Positions 18,058 to 27,549 of a DNA stretch of 64,000 nt are shown piece after piece; the stretch's first letter is position 1, and each line of letters opens with the position of its first letter. Both the position numbers and the translations under genes were made by a program. The stretch lies in IMG/VR virus record IMGVR_UViG_3300028410_000746. One strand, written 5' to 3'. Source of the DNA: a virus (taxonomy: Duplodnaviria; Caudoviricetes). A model generated the notes under the pieces. That model worked only from the letters and a program-made list of their open reading frames with translations. It was not told the origin of the DNA and made no database searches.

Positions 18058-21000
18058 ATGGCCAAAGATATCCAGGAGCTGATTGTATCGGTTGGCCAAA
18101 GGGGCATGGCTGACCTTGAGCGCACGTTCAAGAACCTGGACGGGGTGGTCGGCAACTCTTTGGAGGGTCTGTCTCGGTACAACCGCAAGCTCTCGGAGGA
18201 CTCGTCCGCCGCTGAAACGCAAGTCAAGGCCATCCACAACACCTTGACGACCCTGGAGAGGGGCATCGCGAGCGCGGGCAAGGGCCTCTCGACGACCTTT
18301 GACGGGCGGCAGATCGCGCAGTTCGACACCAAGCTGCGTGGGATGCGTCGTCAGCTCGACAAGACCCGTGATGCGTTGGAGGGTGCAGCGCTCTCGGGAG
18401 ATAAGGCGACCGAACGCGCCATGCGCACCCGCCTGGGTTCGATCCAGAAGACGATCGACGCTGAGGTCTCGGGGTTCAGCAAGCTCTACACGTCTCATCG
18501 TGAACAGTTCGAGCAGCTCTCCAAGCTCCAGAAGCGAGGCCTCGGCCAGAACGTGGCGGCGGGTGGTAAGGGTGCCGCGAACCTCATCTCTCAGGTCAGC
18601 GGCGGGAACCTCAAGGGCGCAGCGGGTACTCTCGGACAGGCAGGCAAGGTTGGTTTCCAGAGCGCGCAGCGTCGTGCCTTTGCCGGTGCCGCTGGGGGCA
18701 GTGCCGGGGCCGCAGGACTCTCCAGTGCGCTCGGGGGGTTGGCCAAGATTGCAGGACCTCTCGCGGCCGTTGCGGCCGTCGTCGGATCACTGGTCAAGGC
18801 CTTCCTCGACCTGGACGCCAAGGTCAAAGACGTCAACAAGTCGATGCTCAAGAACGTCCCCTTGACGAGCCTCGCCGCCGATGGCTTCAGCGACATGAAC
18901 GACAAGATCGCAGACGGTGAGAACGCGCTGGCGGACTTCCGAAACACAGTCTTGACCGACGCCGACTTGCGCATGCTCGGGATGACTCCCGAGATGATGG
19001 CATCCACGATGGCGGCCATCGAGGAGCAGGCGGGGGGTCTCAGTCAGCTCCGCCGTGAGGGCTTCTCGGCACGCGACGCGTTGGAGGCCGCCCAGATCGC
19101 GGCCCTCAACCTCGGCGTGGACTCCAACGAGACCATGGGTCTGGTGGGGCAGCTCATGGACGTCACCAGCGCGTCGACGGGAGAGGCTCTGTCTTCCTTG
19201 AGTCAGATCGTATCCACGGCGCAAGATGCCGGAGTCTCCACGCGCAAGTTCTTCCAGGTCGTCCAGGGCGTCGTGGGTGAGATGGGGCTCTACAACTACC
19301 GGCTCGAAGAGACCGCCGCGTTGTTCGGGAAGCTCACCACCATCATGGACTCCAAGTCCGCCGAGTCGTTCGCCACGAGCCTGTCTTCGGCCATCAAGAA
19401 CGCCTCGGCCACGGACAGGACCCGTACCTCCTTGATCGTGGGCTCGAAGACGATGGGGGAGATGACCGATCGAGCACAGGCGGCGGCAGCCAGTGGCATC
19501 AACGAGGACGTCCTCGCCAACGCCATGCGCAAGCTCGGGCTTGGCGCTCAGTTCCAGTCGGGTAACGTCGCAGGTTCGATGGGCGGCTTGAGCGAGAGGC
19601 AGCGTCTGGCGGTGATGTCGGCGGTGTCTGATGAGGACCAGGGACAGGGAGAGCGTCTCCGAAAGTTCGAGAACCTGCGTGGCGTCAACCGTAACAACGC
19701 CATGGAAGTCCAGGGTGCTATGGGGGACTTCAACCAGTACGACCAGATGGCTACTAAAATCATGGAGCTTGAGAAGTCCCTGTCGATGCCTCTCTCGCAA
19801 ATGAACTCGGTACTTACGGAGGGTATGGGCACGAACGAAGATCAGCTTCGTATCTTCAAGACCATCCAGGGGGAAGGCAAAGGCGACATGGCCCGGCTTC
19901 AGATGCTTCTTGAGAAGGGCGTCGGCGGGTCCGCCTTCTCGGAAGCGGCCAAGGAGATGGGATACATCGTCTCCGAGGAGAACGGCAAGATCCTGGACTC
20001 TCAGGGTAACGAGATCAAGTCGTTCAATCAGCTCTTCGCCACGATGGACGATGAGAAGGCCAAGGACCTACAGGAGAAGCAGAAGACCCTTGCCGAGAAG
20101 CAGTCGGACCTCCAGCGCACCATGCTCGACACGATCAAGTTTCAGCTCATGGATTTGGTCCAGGGTATTTACACTACGATCCTGGACATTTACGACGCGT
20201 TGGTCAATTCAAAGTTCTTCGGGGGCAGCCAGGAGTCTCGTGACCGTTCGGCCATGGTTCGTAAGGAGATGAAGACTCGGGACCAGATCCGAACGATAGA
20301 TCAGGATCTGGGATTGGCCCGCGAGCAGGGAGATTCAGGACGAGTGCGTGAGCTGGAGGCTCAGAGAGAGGCACTCAAGTCCAGCCTTGATACGCAGCAA
20401 CGGGCCCGAAGGCATCTCAAGAAGAGCGGCTCTTTGGGCATGGCAGGCGCGACGGCACTTGCGAGCGGAGATCCGGCAACCGGAGGCTTGAGCTACGAAT
20501 ACAGCGGAGGCATGGGTCGCCGCTTTGAAGAAGACGAGTATTCAGGCCTCACGATGGGCGACAGCAAGCTGACCGGTATTGTAACCTCTTCCGGGAAACG
20601 AATCACCGGAGAGGATGCGATCAAGGCCTTCGTCGCGGAGCAGGAGAAGAATAAAAAAGCGGCGCAGGGAACAATCGGCTCTCTGATTCAGAGCAAGGTT
20701 GATGACGGCGAGGAGCTGTATCCCGAGGACGCCAAGAATCTCGCGGAGAAGACCAACAACTTGCTGGAGAGTAAAGGGATTCTGCTCGCTCCGAAGACCA
20801 TCAAGGATCTCACAGATGTTATGCTCCAGGCTCAGATCGACAAGCAGGTGGTCAGTGAGATCATGCGCACGACCGGCCGAAGCAAGGCAGACTCCGAGTT
20901 CCTGCTTGGCAAGTACAAGAGCGGTGATGAGGCTGCGATTAATCAGGTCGGCAAGGAAGGGAACCTCCAGGGTATCTTCGCCAACTACGGCGTACAGACG

Positions 21001-21285
21001 GCGCGTGATGCTCGCATCGTAACGGGCGGGATTCCCCTGTTGGACCTCCAGCCGGGAGACATCGTGGTCGACCAGTCCATGCTGGCCAACGCCGTGGCGG
21101 GCGGTGCAGGTCAATTCGTCCCCGACCTTCTGCGTTCAGCCGGCAACAAGGCGGGGCCCAGCTCCTCGTCTGACAGCACGCTCAATGCCAACTTCTACAT
21201 CAACGGAGGCAACCCCGGTGAGATCCGCACCGAGATCATGCGCGTCCTTGAGCAGTGGCAGAACCTCGGAGCGTCGAGAGGCTGA
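18058..21285 (+). CDS. Tail tape measure protein
   Basis: 1075-aa helical, Ala/Gly/Ser/Leu-rich protein located between chaperone-like and tube-initiator-like genes. Confidence 0.8.
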   Translation: MAKDIQELIVSVGQRGMADLERTFKNLDGVVGNSLEGLSRYNRKLSEDSSAAETQVKAIHNTLTTLERGIASAGKGLSTTFDGRQIAQFDTKLRGMRRQLDKTRDALEGAALSGDKATERAMRTRLGSIQKTIDAEVSGFSKLYTSHREQFEQLSKLQKRGLGQNVAAGGKGAANLISQVSGGNLKGAAGTLGQAGKVGFQSAQRRAFAGAAGGSAGAAGLSSALGGLAKIAGPLAAVAAVVGSLVKAFLDLDAKVKDVNKSMLKNVPLTSLAADGFSDMNDKIADGENALADFRNTVLTDADLRMLGMTPEMMASTMAAIEEQAGGLSQLRREGFSARDALEAAQIAALNLGVDSNETMGLVGQLMDVTSASTGEALSSLSQIVSTAQDAGVSTRKFFQVVQGVVGEMGLYNYRLEETAALFGKLTTIMDSKSAESFATSLSSAIKNASATDRTRTSLIVGSKTMGEMTDRAQAAAASGINEDVLANAMRKLGLGAQFQSGNVAGSMGGLSERQRLAVMSAVSDEDQGQGERLRKFENLRGVNRNNAMEVQGAMGDFNQYDQMATKIMELEKSLSMPLSQMNSVLTEGMGTNEDQLRIFKTIQGEGKGDMARLQMLLEKGVGGSAFSEAAKEMGYIVSEENGKILDSQGNEIKSFNQLFATMDDEKAKDLQEKQKTLAEKQSDLQRTMLDTIKFQLMDLVQGIYTTILDIYDALVNSKFFGGSQESRDRSAMVRKEMKTRDQIRTIDQDLGLAREQGDSGRVRELEAQREALKSSLDTQQRARRHLKKSGSLGMAGATALASGDPATGGLSYEYSGGMGRRFEEDEYSGLTMGDSKLTGIVTSSGKRITGEDAIKAFVAEQEKNKKAAQGTIGSLIQSKVDDGEELYPEDAKNLAEKTNNLLESKGILLAPKTIKDLTDVMLQAQIDKQVVSEIMRTTGRSKADSEFLLGKYKSGDEAAINQVGKEGNLQGIFANYGVQTARDARIVTGGIPLLDLQPGDIVVDQSMLANAVAGGAGQFVPDLLRSAGNKAGPSSSSDSTLNANFYINGGNPGEIRTEIMRVLEQWQNLGASRG

Positions 21286-21833
21286 TGGCAACCAACTTCA
21301 CACAGCGTTCGATCCCTTCGGCCTTCTCGGGGCCAAGCGATGCCCGACGCCTTCCTGTGCTCTTTCAGGTGATCTCTCCGGACTTCTCCACGGCGCTGTT
21401 GCCCGAGGCGATGGTCCTTCACATCAACCCTACCTCGATGTCGTTGAGCTACTCCAAGGTCATTGAGCGGTTCCAGACACGCGGAGGCTTTCAGGAGCAG
21501 CACTTCGGTGAGCAGCTCACGGACATGTCCTGTGAGGTCTCTTCCGGAGCGTTCATCAACGTGGACACCGGCCTCGCGGTGTCGTCGCGTCAGGACACGA
21601 TCGCCTACGAGAAGTTTCAACACCTCGTGGAGCTGTTCCAGAACAACGGCCTCGTCACCGACCAGAACGGGACCGCACAGTACCGAGGTCGCATCCGGAT
21701 CACGTTTGACGGCGGGGTCTATGACGGGTCTTTCCGCTCCCTCACGATCAATGAGTCAGCCTCCAACCCGTTCATGTTCACCTGCGATTTCGCCTTCCGG
21801 GTGGAGCGTGAGGCTCAATCTCTCCTGATCTAA
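21285..21833 (+). CDS. Tail tube initiator / baseplate hub-like protein
   Basis: ATG overlaps the TMP stop. LHINPTSMSLSYSK..ERFQTRGGF.EQHFGEQL fits the INP...QTxGG pattern of genes that follow TMPs. Confidence 0.6.
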   Translation: MATNFTQRSIPSAFSGPSDARRLPVLFQVISPDFSTALLPEAMVLHINPTSMSLSYSKVIERFQTRGGFQEQHFGEQLTDMSCEVSSGAFINVDTGLAVSSRQDTIAYEKFQHLVELFQNNGLVTDQNGTAQYRGRIRITFDGGVYDGSFRSLTINESASNPFMFTCDFAFRVEREAQSLLI

Positions 21834-21844
21834 GGAGGCGCACC

Positions 21845-23059
21845 ATGGCGTCTATTCTTGACGAGCTGGCAGTTCTTACAGGTCAGCAGGCTCTCAACGC
21901 TCAGGCGGACGAGGGCCTTGATCCCAGGACTCGTGATGCCCTTGACAGGAACGCTCAAGCGACGCTCTCTCGCTCCTGGCGCAAGACGCGCTCGGTTCTT
22001 TCGGAGTACGCGAGCCTGATCTCAGGTCAAGGCTACGAGTTCAACGCCCTGTCGAGCCCGGTGGATGCGGTCGCGCACGCCAAGCCGGCCCTGCTCCCCC
22101 TCTTCATTCAGATCATCCCCCCGGACTACTACCCCACGGGCCAGACCCGTACGATCGAGATCTTCTCTCCACAGACCTCCGACACGCAGCTCACGGGATT
22201 CGTGGAGCGTATCCGGCAGCGAGGCTTCTCAACGGACCCTCGCAACCCCGTGTTCACTGGTGGGGTAACCGAGGTGGATCGTATCGTATCCACGAGCCCC
22301 AACGTCAACCAGACGGTCCAGGTTCCCGAGCTGACGCCCGACGATCAGGTCTCCCAGGTGCGACGTACCAGGGACTTCCTGGCGACCACACAGCAGCGAT
22401 ACCGCGACTTCCAGACGGGCTCCCGCACCGCAGCCCGTGATCTGGAGGAGCGTACGCAGCCGATCGTAGAGGACCGCGCCGAGATTGAGGATACGCCGGG
22501 TAAAAATGCAGAGATTCGTCGCGCGCGCAAGGAGAACATCTCCTCGGACCTTGAGTCTTTGCGCCAGCAGGCCCTCAAGCTCCTCGCGTTGCCTCCGGTT
22601 CTCATGTACGTCAACCCCAACGCTCTCACCACCTCCAAGGAGTTCATCGTCTCGGATGGCAACCGTACGCGGGAAGGCTATACGGTCGAGTTCTGGGGAG
22701 AGCAGCAGAACAAGCTGAGCCTGAGTGGCGAGATCGGAGCCTTCTGGACGCACGGTACCAGCCCGTCCGGGCAGCCCACGGGTGGACTCACTGTTCGTTA
22801 CCGTAAGGGCTCCTTTGCCTACCAAAACTTCTTGAGCCTCATCCTCGCCTACCGCAACAACGGCTACCTCTACTCCCAGTCCGAGGTCACCCGGATTGCG
22901 TCGGTAGGCTCGGTCAACCTCTTCTACGACGGGACGCTCTACACGGGTTCCTTCGACACCCTTTCCATCAACCACAGCGAGGACAAGCCCTTCAGCCTCA
23001 CGTACCAGATTGGATTTACCGTTCGATACACCCAGAAATTGGGGACCCTCACACGCTAA
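21845..23059 (+). CDS. Second tube-initiator-like protein
   Basis: C-terminal MYVNPNAL...RTREGYTVEFWGEQ...FYDGTLYTGSFDTLSINHSEDKPF.L.Y...F.V is clearly paralogous to 21285..21833. Confidence 0.6.
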   Translation: MASILDELAVLTGQQALNAQADEGLDPRTRDALDRNAQATLSRSWRKTRSVLSEYASLISGQGYEFNALSSPVDAVAHAKPALLPLFIQIIPPDYYPTGQTRTIEIFSPQTSDTQLTGFVERIRQRGFSTDPRNPVFTGGVTEVDRIVSTSPNVNQTVQVPELTPDDQVSQVRRTRDFLATTQQRYRDFQTGSRTAARDLEERTQPIVEDRAEIEDTPGKNAEIRRARKENISSDLESLRQQALKLLALPPVLMYVNPNALTTSKEFIVSDGNRTREGYTVEFWGEQQNKLSLSGEIGAFWTHGTSPSGQPTGGLTVRYRKGSFAYQNFLSLILAYRNNGYLYSQSEVTRIASVGSVNLFYDGTLYTGSFDTLSINHSEDKPFSLTYQIGFTVRYTQKLGTLTR

Positions 23060-23078
23060 CATGCCCGGAGAATACCCC

Positions 23079-23648
23079 ATGCCTCTATACATCCCTCAGG
23101 ATCGTGAGTACGTACCCGGAGACGTAATTCTGGCTGTCTTCGCGGAGGTACATGACTCAACGGACATGGATGACGAGGAACGCGAAGAGATTTGCCCGTA
23201 CGTGCGTCTCGTGCTTGGACGCGTCATTGGAGTCACCCTCGGCGTACTCAAAAGCTCCGGGGGGGACGATGGGATGGAGTTTCGGGCTTACGAATGCACC
23301 GAGCAGGCGATACACTACGTCTGGCCCCATTCGTACGGCGGAGAGCAGGTCGAGTTCTGTCCGCGAGGGTCCGAGTTCGAGAGCTACGTCATGCACGAAG
23401 ACATCCTTGGGTGCGTCCCACACTCGGACGCCCTCAAAAGCTCTTTCCAGGCGGAGCGCTACATGAGGCAGGTGGTCAAGGCGGAGCGCGACGCCCTCCA
23501 GGATTGGATGGCGTGGGTGCTGGAGGCGTATTCGGAATGGTGTCTGGGTTTCGCAGACGAGAGCTGGGATGGAGATGACGACCTGGACGAGGACTACTCG
23601 ATTCAGGCCTTGTTGTCCCGTCAGCGCGCTGCTACCTTCGTTAGGTGA
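23079..23648 (+). CDS. Accessory protein, probable divergent member 1 of a tandem paralogue family
   Basis: GGAG RBS. N-terminus MPLYIPQDREYVPGDVIL. Confidence 0.6.
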   Translation: MPLYIPQDREYVPGDVILAVFAEVHDSTDMDDEEREEICPYVRLVLGRVIGVTLGVLKSSGGDDGMEFRAYECTEQAIHYVWPHSYGGEQVEFCPRGSEFESYVMHEDILGCVPHSDALKSSFQAERYMRQVVKAERDALQDWMAWVLEAYSEWCLGFADESWDGDDDLDEDYSIQALLSRQRAATFVR

Positions 23649-23679
23649 GACCCTCTGGCATTGCATTTTGAGAGGCCCC

Positions 23680-24075
23680 ATGTTCAGGCTCATGGATATC
23701 CAACACGCCTGCGAGGGTGATCCGTGCTTCATTTTCCGAGTGATACCTCCCGAGGCGGGTGATGTGTCGAGTACGTGGCGCGTAAGCATACATGCAGGCG
23801 TACGAAGGACGAGTCTCGACGCTGACTTCTTCTTGCTGGAGGTTTGTTGGTTCGGTACCGTCTCGCTCTATGCGGGTCAGTGTGGTCTCCCGTCGTTGCA
23901 GGGAGGGTCGCACAATCGGCACGTCTTCTCCCCTCAAAGGTCCTTGGTGACGACCCTTCGGGGAGAGGTCGACTTCGAGGACCCACGCATCGTGCGGCTC
24001 TTGGTACGCCAAGCACTTGCCTCTTTGGAGGACTACTTTGGAGAGCAGCAGCTACGGCTGATGTCTGCTGACTGA
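23680..24075 (+). CDS. Accessory protein, tandem paralogue 2
   Basis: GAGAGG RBS. MFRLMDIQHACEGD... and C-terminal LRGEVDFEDPRIVRLLVRQ. Confidence 0.65.
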   Translation: MFRLMDIQHACEGDPCFIFRVIPPEAGDVSSTWRVSIHAGVRRTSLDADFFLLEVCWFGTVSLYAGQCGLPSLQGGSHNRHVFSPQRSLVTTLRGEVDFEDPRIVRLLVRQALASLEDYFGEQQLRLMSAD

Positions 24076-24114
24076 GGAGAATTCATGCCCGTGCTCCACG
24101 TTTGAAAGGAACCC

Positions 24115-24510
24115 ATGTCATTCTTCACCAACCGCGCCTCCCGTCTCCATACTGGAGACAGCTACGCAGACTATACGGTGGATTCAAACCAATTCTACGT
24201 GTATGTGTGCTTCTACGAGGCTCAAGCCTTTTATCCGTCCCACGATGAAAAAATCCCAGTGCGTTCGATGGTCCTCAAAGCTGCGTACACGTTCAACCTC
24301 GCCTCTGGCCTTATCATCTTCGAGAGGCTCAAGCCTGCGCTTGGGACGGTTCACTCCGACGCCAAGGTGATCGGATTTCACGAGGTTCTCGACTTCTCCA
24401 ACGCACGCGTCCTACGCTCCGTGGCCAAGGAGATCTTCGCACATGTTTGGGAGGACTGCGTGACACAGGTGTGGGGGCAGACGAGCCAAAAAGCTCACGA
24501 GGACCTTTGA
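24115..24510 (+). CDS. Accessory protein, tandem paralogue 3
   Basis: MSFFTNRASRLHTGD...FNLASG...EVLDFSNARVLRSVAKE. Confidence 0.7.
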   Translation: MSFFTNRASRLHTGDSYADYTVDSNQFYVYVCFYEAQAFYPSHDEKIPVRSMVLKAAYTFNLASGLIIFERLKPALGTVHSDAKVIGFHEVLDFSNARVLRSVAKEIFAHVWEDCVTQVWGQTSQKAHEDL

Positions 24511-24511
24511 G

Positions 24512-24931
24512 ATGCCCCTTTTTTACTCTCCAACGTCACATATTGAGCCGGGAAGCTGTGCCTTCGTGTGGCAGATCCATCCAGACGTACCGGTCCTTCA
24601 GATCGAGTTTTTACGTCACCTGGAGTTCGATTCTCGGTGGCGCGATTACCGGTTCGAGGGCGGCCCCACCGTCCAGTACAACTTCTCTACCGGGGCGTAC
24701 CGTTCGAGACCTCCCATTGAGAGGTTGGTGCGGTTTGCCTTCCTGGAGTACGTGTTTCGTCTCGGTGGAGACATGAACTTCAAGGACACGTCTCGGACAC
24801 GCTACCTCGCCAAGGGGATCGTCGCGGTCCTCGAAGAGCGCGTCCTCGATCTGGCTCTCCAGGCCGTCGGTCAGGAGAATTACGATGGTCCCAATGTTCA
24901 ATCGTGGGATGTCCACCCTGACCTGCTCTAA
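24512..24931 (+). CDS. Accessory protein, tandem paralogue 4
   Basis: MPLFYSPTSHIEPGS...YNFSTG...LGGDMNFKDTSRTRYLAKG. Confidence 0.7.
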   Translation: MPLFYSPTSHIEPGSCAFVWQIHPDVPVLQIEFLRHLEFDSRWRDYRFEGGPTVQYNFSTGAYRSRPPIERLVRFAFLEYVFRLGGDMNFKDTSRTRYLAKGIVAVLEERVLDLALQAVGQENYDGPNVQSWDVHPDLL

Positions 24932-24940
24932 GGAGATCCT

Positions 24941-25384
24941 ATGATCCATTGTACGAACCCGGCCAACATCCGCGAAGGCGACCTGATCCTCACCTACTAC
25001 GTGCTGTCGGTCACGACGGAGAGGGTCGTGTATGTGGTCATGGACGTCCGACGTATCGAGCATGTAGGCTACGACTCTGATATGCGTGAGTGGTACTGGG
25101 AGGCGCAGCCCCTGTACAAGACGTGGGTGTACTTCAACACGGGGACCTGCTTTTCGCTGATAGGTAGACACTCCTCCATGGTCTATCCAAGACCAGAAGA
25201 GCCTGTCCTTCTTGTTCGAGGGCGTCCTCTGCAAAGCCCACAGCGCATACGCAGCTTCTTCAAAGAGGTGTTCTGGAGCTTGAGAGACGACCTGATCCTG
25301 AAAGCTCACGACTGCATCACGCGAGAAAACTTCGAGGACGAAGACGGTGTAGATGACGGAGGGGTGGTGACACGATGCCTGTGA
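24941..25384 (+). CDS. Accessory protein, tandem paralogue 5
   Basis: AAGGAG RBS. MIHCTNPANIREGDLIL...YFNTG...DDLILKAHDC. Confidence 0.7.
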   Translation: MIHCTNPANIREGDLILTYYVLSVTTERVVYVVMDVRRIEHVGYDSDMREWYWEAQPLYKTWVYFNTGTCFSLIGRHSSMVYPRPEEPVLLVRGRPLQSPQRIRSFFKEVFWSLRDDLILKAHDCITRENFEDEDGVDDGGVVTRCL

Positions 25385-25785
25385 TACGAATGGTAGAAGC
25401 GTCTCGGGTCAAGACCGGGGATGTGATCCTGCTGGGGGTCTTCCCACCCACCCCGTGGGGAGCTTCGGTTTACGGTGTGGTATATTTCTCAACGATAACT
25501 TCGTGGCTGAAAACGGGCCCGAGCTTTCGAGAGGGGCCAATGCGGTGGGGAGGTAGCCTGCTCCATGAAGCACGGCTGACCTTCTGGGCGCGTACCCTGG
25601 TGGTTCGGGATTTCAATCTGCCTCGCACAAAAGACTTTTGTGAGATTGACGAGAAGGTCCCAGTGCTCAACGGCGCTCTGCCCCGCTCTCGACGAGAGTT
25701 CGTAGAGGTCGGCCGAGCGGTCTACCCTCAGATGGAAGAGGACCTGATTCAAGCCGCCCGTCAATGCAAGTCTTGCAGCTCCTAG
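25375..25785 (+). CDS. Accessory protein, tandem paralogue 6
   Basis: MPVIRMVEASRVKTGDVIL...VLNGALP...EEDLIQAARQC. Confidence 0.7.
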   Translation: MPVIRMVEASRVKTGDVILLGVFPPTPWGASVYGVVYFSTITSWLKTGPSFREGPMRWGGSLLHEARLTFWARTLVVRDFNLPRTKDFCEIDEKVPVLNGALPRSRREFVEVGRAVYPQMEEDLIQAARQCKSCSS

Positions 25786-25795
25786 AGGTAATCAC

Positions 25796-26194
25796 ATGCC
25801 CCTGCTTCGGATCACGAACACTTCACGCCTTCGCCAAGGAGACGTCATACCCGACGTCTGCCTTCGCGAGACACGAGAGCTGTCGATTTCGGGCCCAGAC
25901 CCTGAGCCCACGGTCGGAGTCCATGTCGCCTTCTGGGAGGTCGTGCGGCTCCTCCCGAATGCCGAAGGCCCCATGATCAAGTGGCTCGGCTCTTTCCTCT
26001 TTGATCTGCGAACGGGAGGCTGTGAGACGTTTGAGCTACCCCAGGAGCCCGTGGGACCTCTCCCTCCACAGCGATGCTACGTGGTCAACGGGAGCCTCCC
26101 CGCTGACCTGCGCCTGCGCCGTAAGATTGCCAACACCCTGTATGAATGTGAACAGGACCGCCTACGCTCTCAGGCATGGCAGTTCTTGGGGTAG
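25796..26194 (+). CDS. Accessory protein, tandem paralogue 7
   Basis: GAGG RBS. MPLLRITNTSRLRQGDVI...FDLRTG...VVNGSLP...EQDRLRSQAWQ. Confidence 0.7.
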   Translation: MPLLRITNTSRLRQGDVIPDVCLRETRELSISGPDPEPTVGVHVAFWEVVRLLPNAEGPMIKWLGSFLFDLRTGGCETFELPQEPVGPLPPQRCYVVNGSLPADLRLRRKIANTLYECEQDRLRSQAWQFLG

Positions 26195-26195
26195 C

Positions 26196-27200
26196 TCAGA
26201 GTTGCTCCAGGGATTGCGTGTGGGGGTTGATTCCTGGATGAATGCTGGCGAACTTTGCGATGTTCTGCGAGGTCTCCAGGGCGTCGATCTCGCGGAGCTG
26301 ACGGTTGCGGATGCGCAGGCCCTGGTAGAAGTCTCGCCACAGCAGATCCGCCCCGCCAGCCTTGTGCATCATGGCCTTGAGGTGTTCCATAACCTCGTCC
26401 GCACGACCGATCAGCTCCTGAGCCCGCTTTTGATTTGCCTTCAGGGTCGACAGGGAGACGTTAGTACCTTCTTGGTACACGCGGGCCTTCGTGGAGATTC
26501 CGGAATCCCGGAAGATAGACCACGTGTCGTAACTGCCCCCCAGATCGAGGTCGACGGCGCGGGGCTTTTGATGCTGCCACATCAAGAAGGTGATGCGGTT
26601 CTGCCCCGCGCCGTCGACCTCGATCTGGAAGTAGTCTCTCGCCCTGTTCCAGCGGTTTCCCAGGATATCATAGGGGTAGACCACCCCCGAGACTTCCCGA
26701 CCTCCGCGAGAATGTCCCAGAAGGCCTCGTATTGCGATCAGGTGCTTCTCCAGGGCTGCGACGTGGCCCGACCCCTCTCCCAACTGCGTACGCGAGCCTC
26801 TACGGCTACGAGGACACTCCCAGAGGTCGGGCTTTGACACGGATCGTTTGATGATCGCTATCTGCCCCGGATCATACCGTCGCTCGATGAGCGAGGGCTT
26901 CTCGTACGACAACTTGACGGTAGCCCGGAGGACACATCGGGGTTGCTCCAGGTCGGGCAGAATCCGAACCTCACTCCATTCCCCCTCAAGATTGTACTGT
27001 ATCACATGCTGGATGAGATGGACCGCCTTCATGTGGTCAGCGGGATAGGGCAAGATGCCTCCTCGCCTCGCACGAAGCTCCACCTCGACAGTGTGGGTCG
27101 CAGAGTATTCTCTCTTCATGGGGTCATGGTGTCGGATGTCTATGATAGCGGGTTGGCCCGTCGTATACACTCGCACCGTGGCGGGGCTCGTCAGCGGCAT
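26196..27200 (-). CDS. Hypothetical protein
   Basis: 334-aa ORF with GAGGAG RBS and its own candidate promoter. Confidence 0.7.
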   Translation of the reverse strand: MPLTSPATVRVYTTGQPAIIDIRHHDPMKREYSATHTVEVELRARRGGILPYPADHMKAVHLIQHVIQYNLEGEWSEVRILPDLEQPRCVLRATVKLSYEKPSLIERRYDPGQIAIIKRSVSKPDLWECPRSRRGSRTQLGEGSGHVAALEKHLIAIRGLLGHSRGGREVSGVVYPYDILGNRWNRARDYFQIEVDGAGQNRITFLMWQHQKPRAVDLDLGGSYDTWSIFRDSGISTKARVYQEGTNVSLSTLKANQKRAQELIGRADEVMEHLKAMMHKAGGADLLWRDFYQGLRIRNRQLREIDALETSQNIAKFASIHPGINPHTQSLEQL

Positions 27201-27220
27201 GTCAGCACTCCTCTATCTGA

Positions 27221-27250
27221 ATCTTACTGTATTCAATCTTAGGCGGTCAA
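27221..27250 (-). promoter_or_regulatory. Sigma70-like promoter TTGACC-N18-TAAGAT
   Basis: -35 at 27250-27245 and -10 at 27226-27221, just upstream of the ATG at 27200. Confidence 0.6.
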
Positions 27251-27292
27251 AGGTACCTCGCACGGAGGGTCCCTGTCAACGCTCAAGCGGCT

Positions 27293-27466
27293 TCAGGAGA
27301 AGAGGTGGGCCCACTTCTCCTTGAACATCACCCCCGCCCATTCGTCTCCCATGCCCTGAAAGTCCTCCTGCGTTTTGCTCATGCCTACCAGGAACATCGC
27401 GCTCGCCTCCAGGGACTCCTCCGAGGCGCTCCTCGCCTCTCCCCAGTAATCTCTCCTCTTGACCAT
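27293..27466 (-). CDS. Small hypothetical protein (57 aa)
   Basis: GGAGG RBS before ATG at 27466 (MVKRRDYWGEAR...). Confidence 0.55.
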   Translation of the reverse strand: MVKRRDYWGEARSASEESLEASAMFLVGMSKTQEDFQGMGDEWAGVMFKEKWAHLFS

Positions 27467-27549
27467 GCCGAACCTCCAACGTATCAACCGTCACACAGTC
27501 AACACGTACCACAAAGAAGGTGGCAGGTAAAGAGGACTCTCAGGACGTC

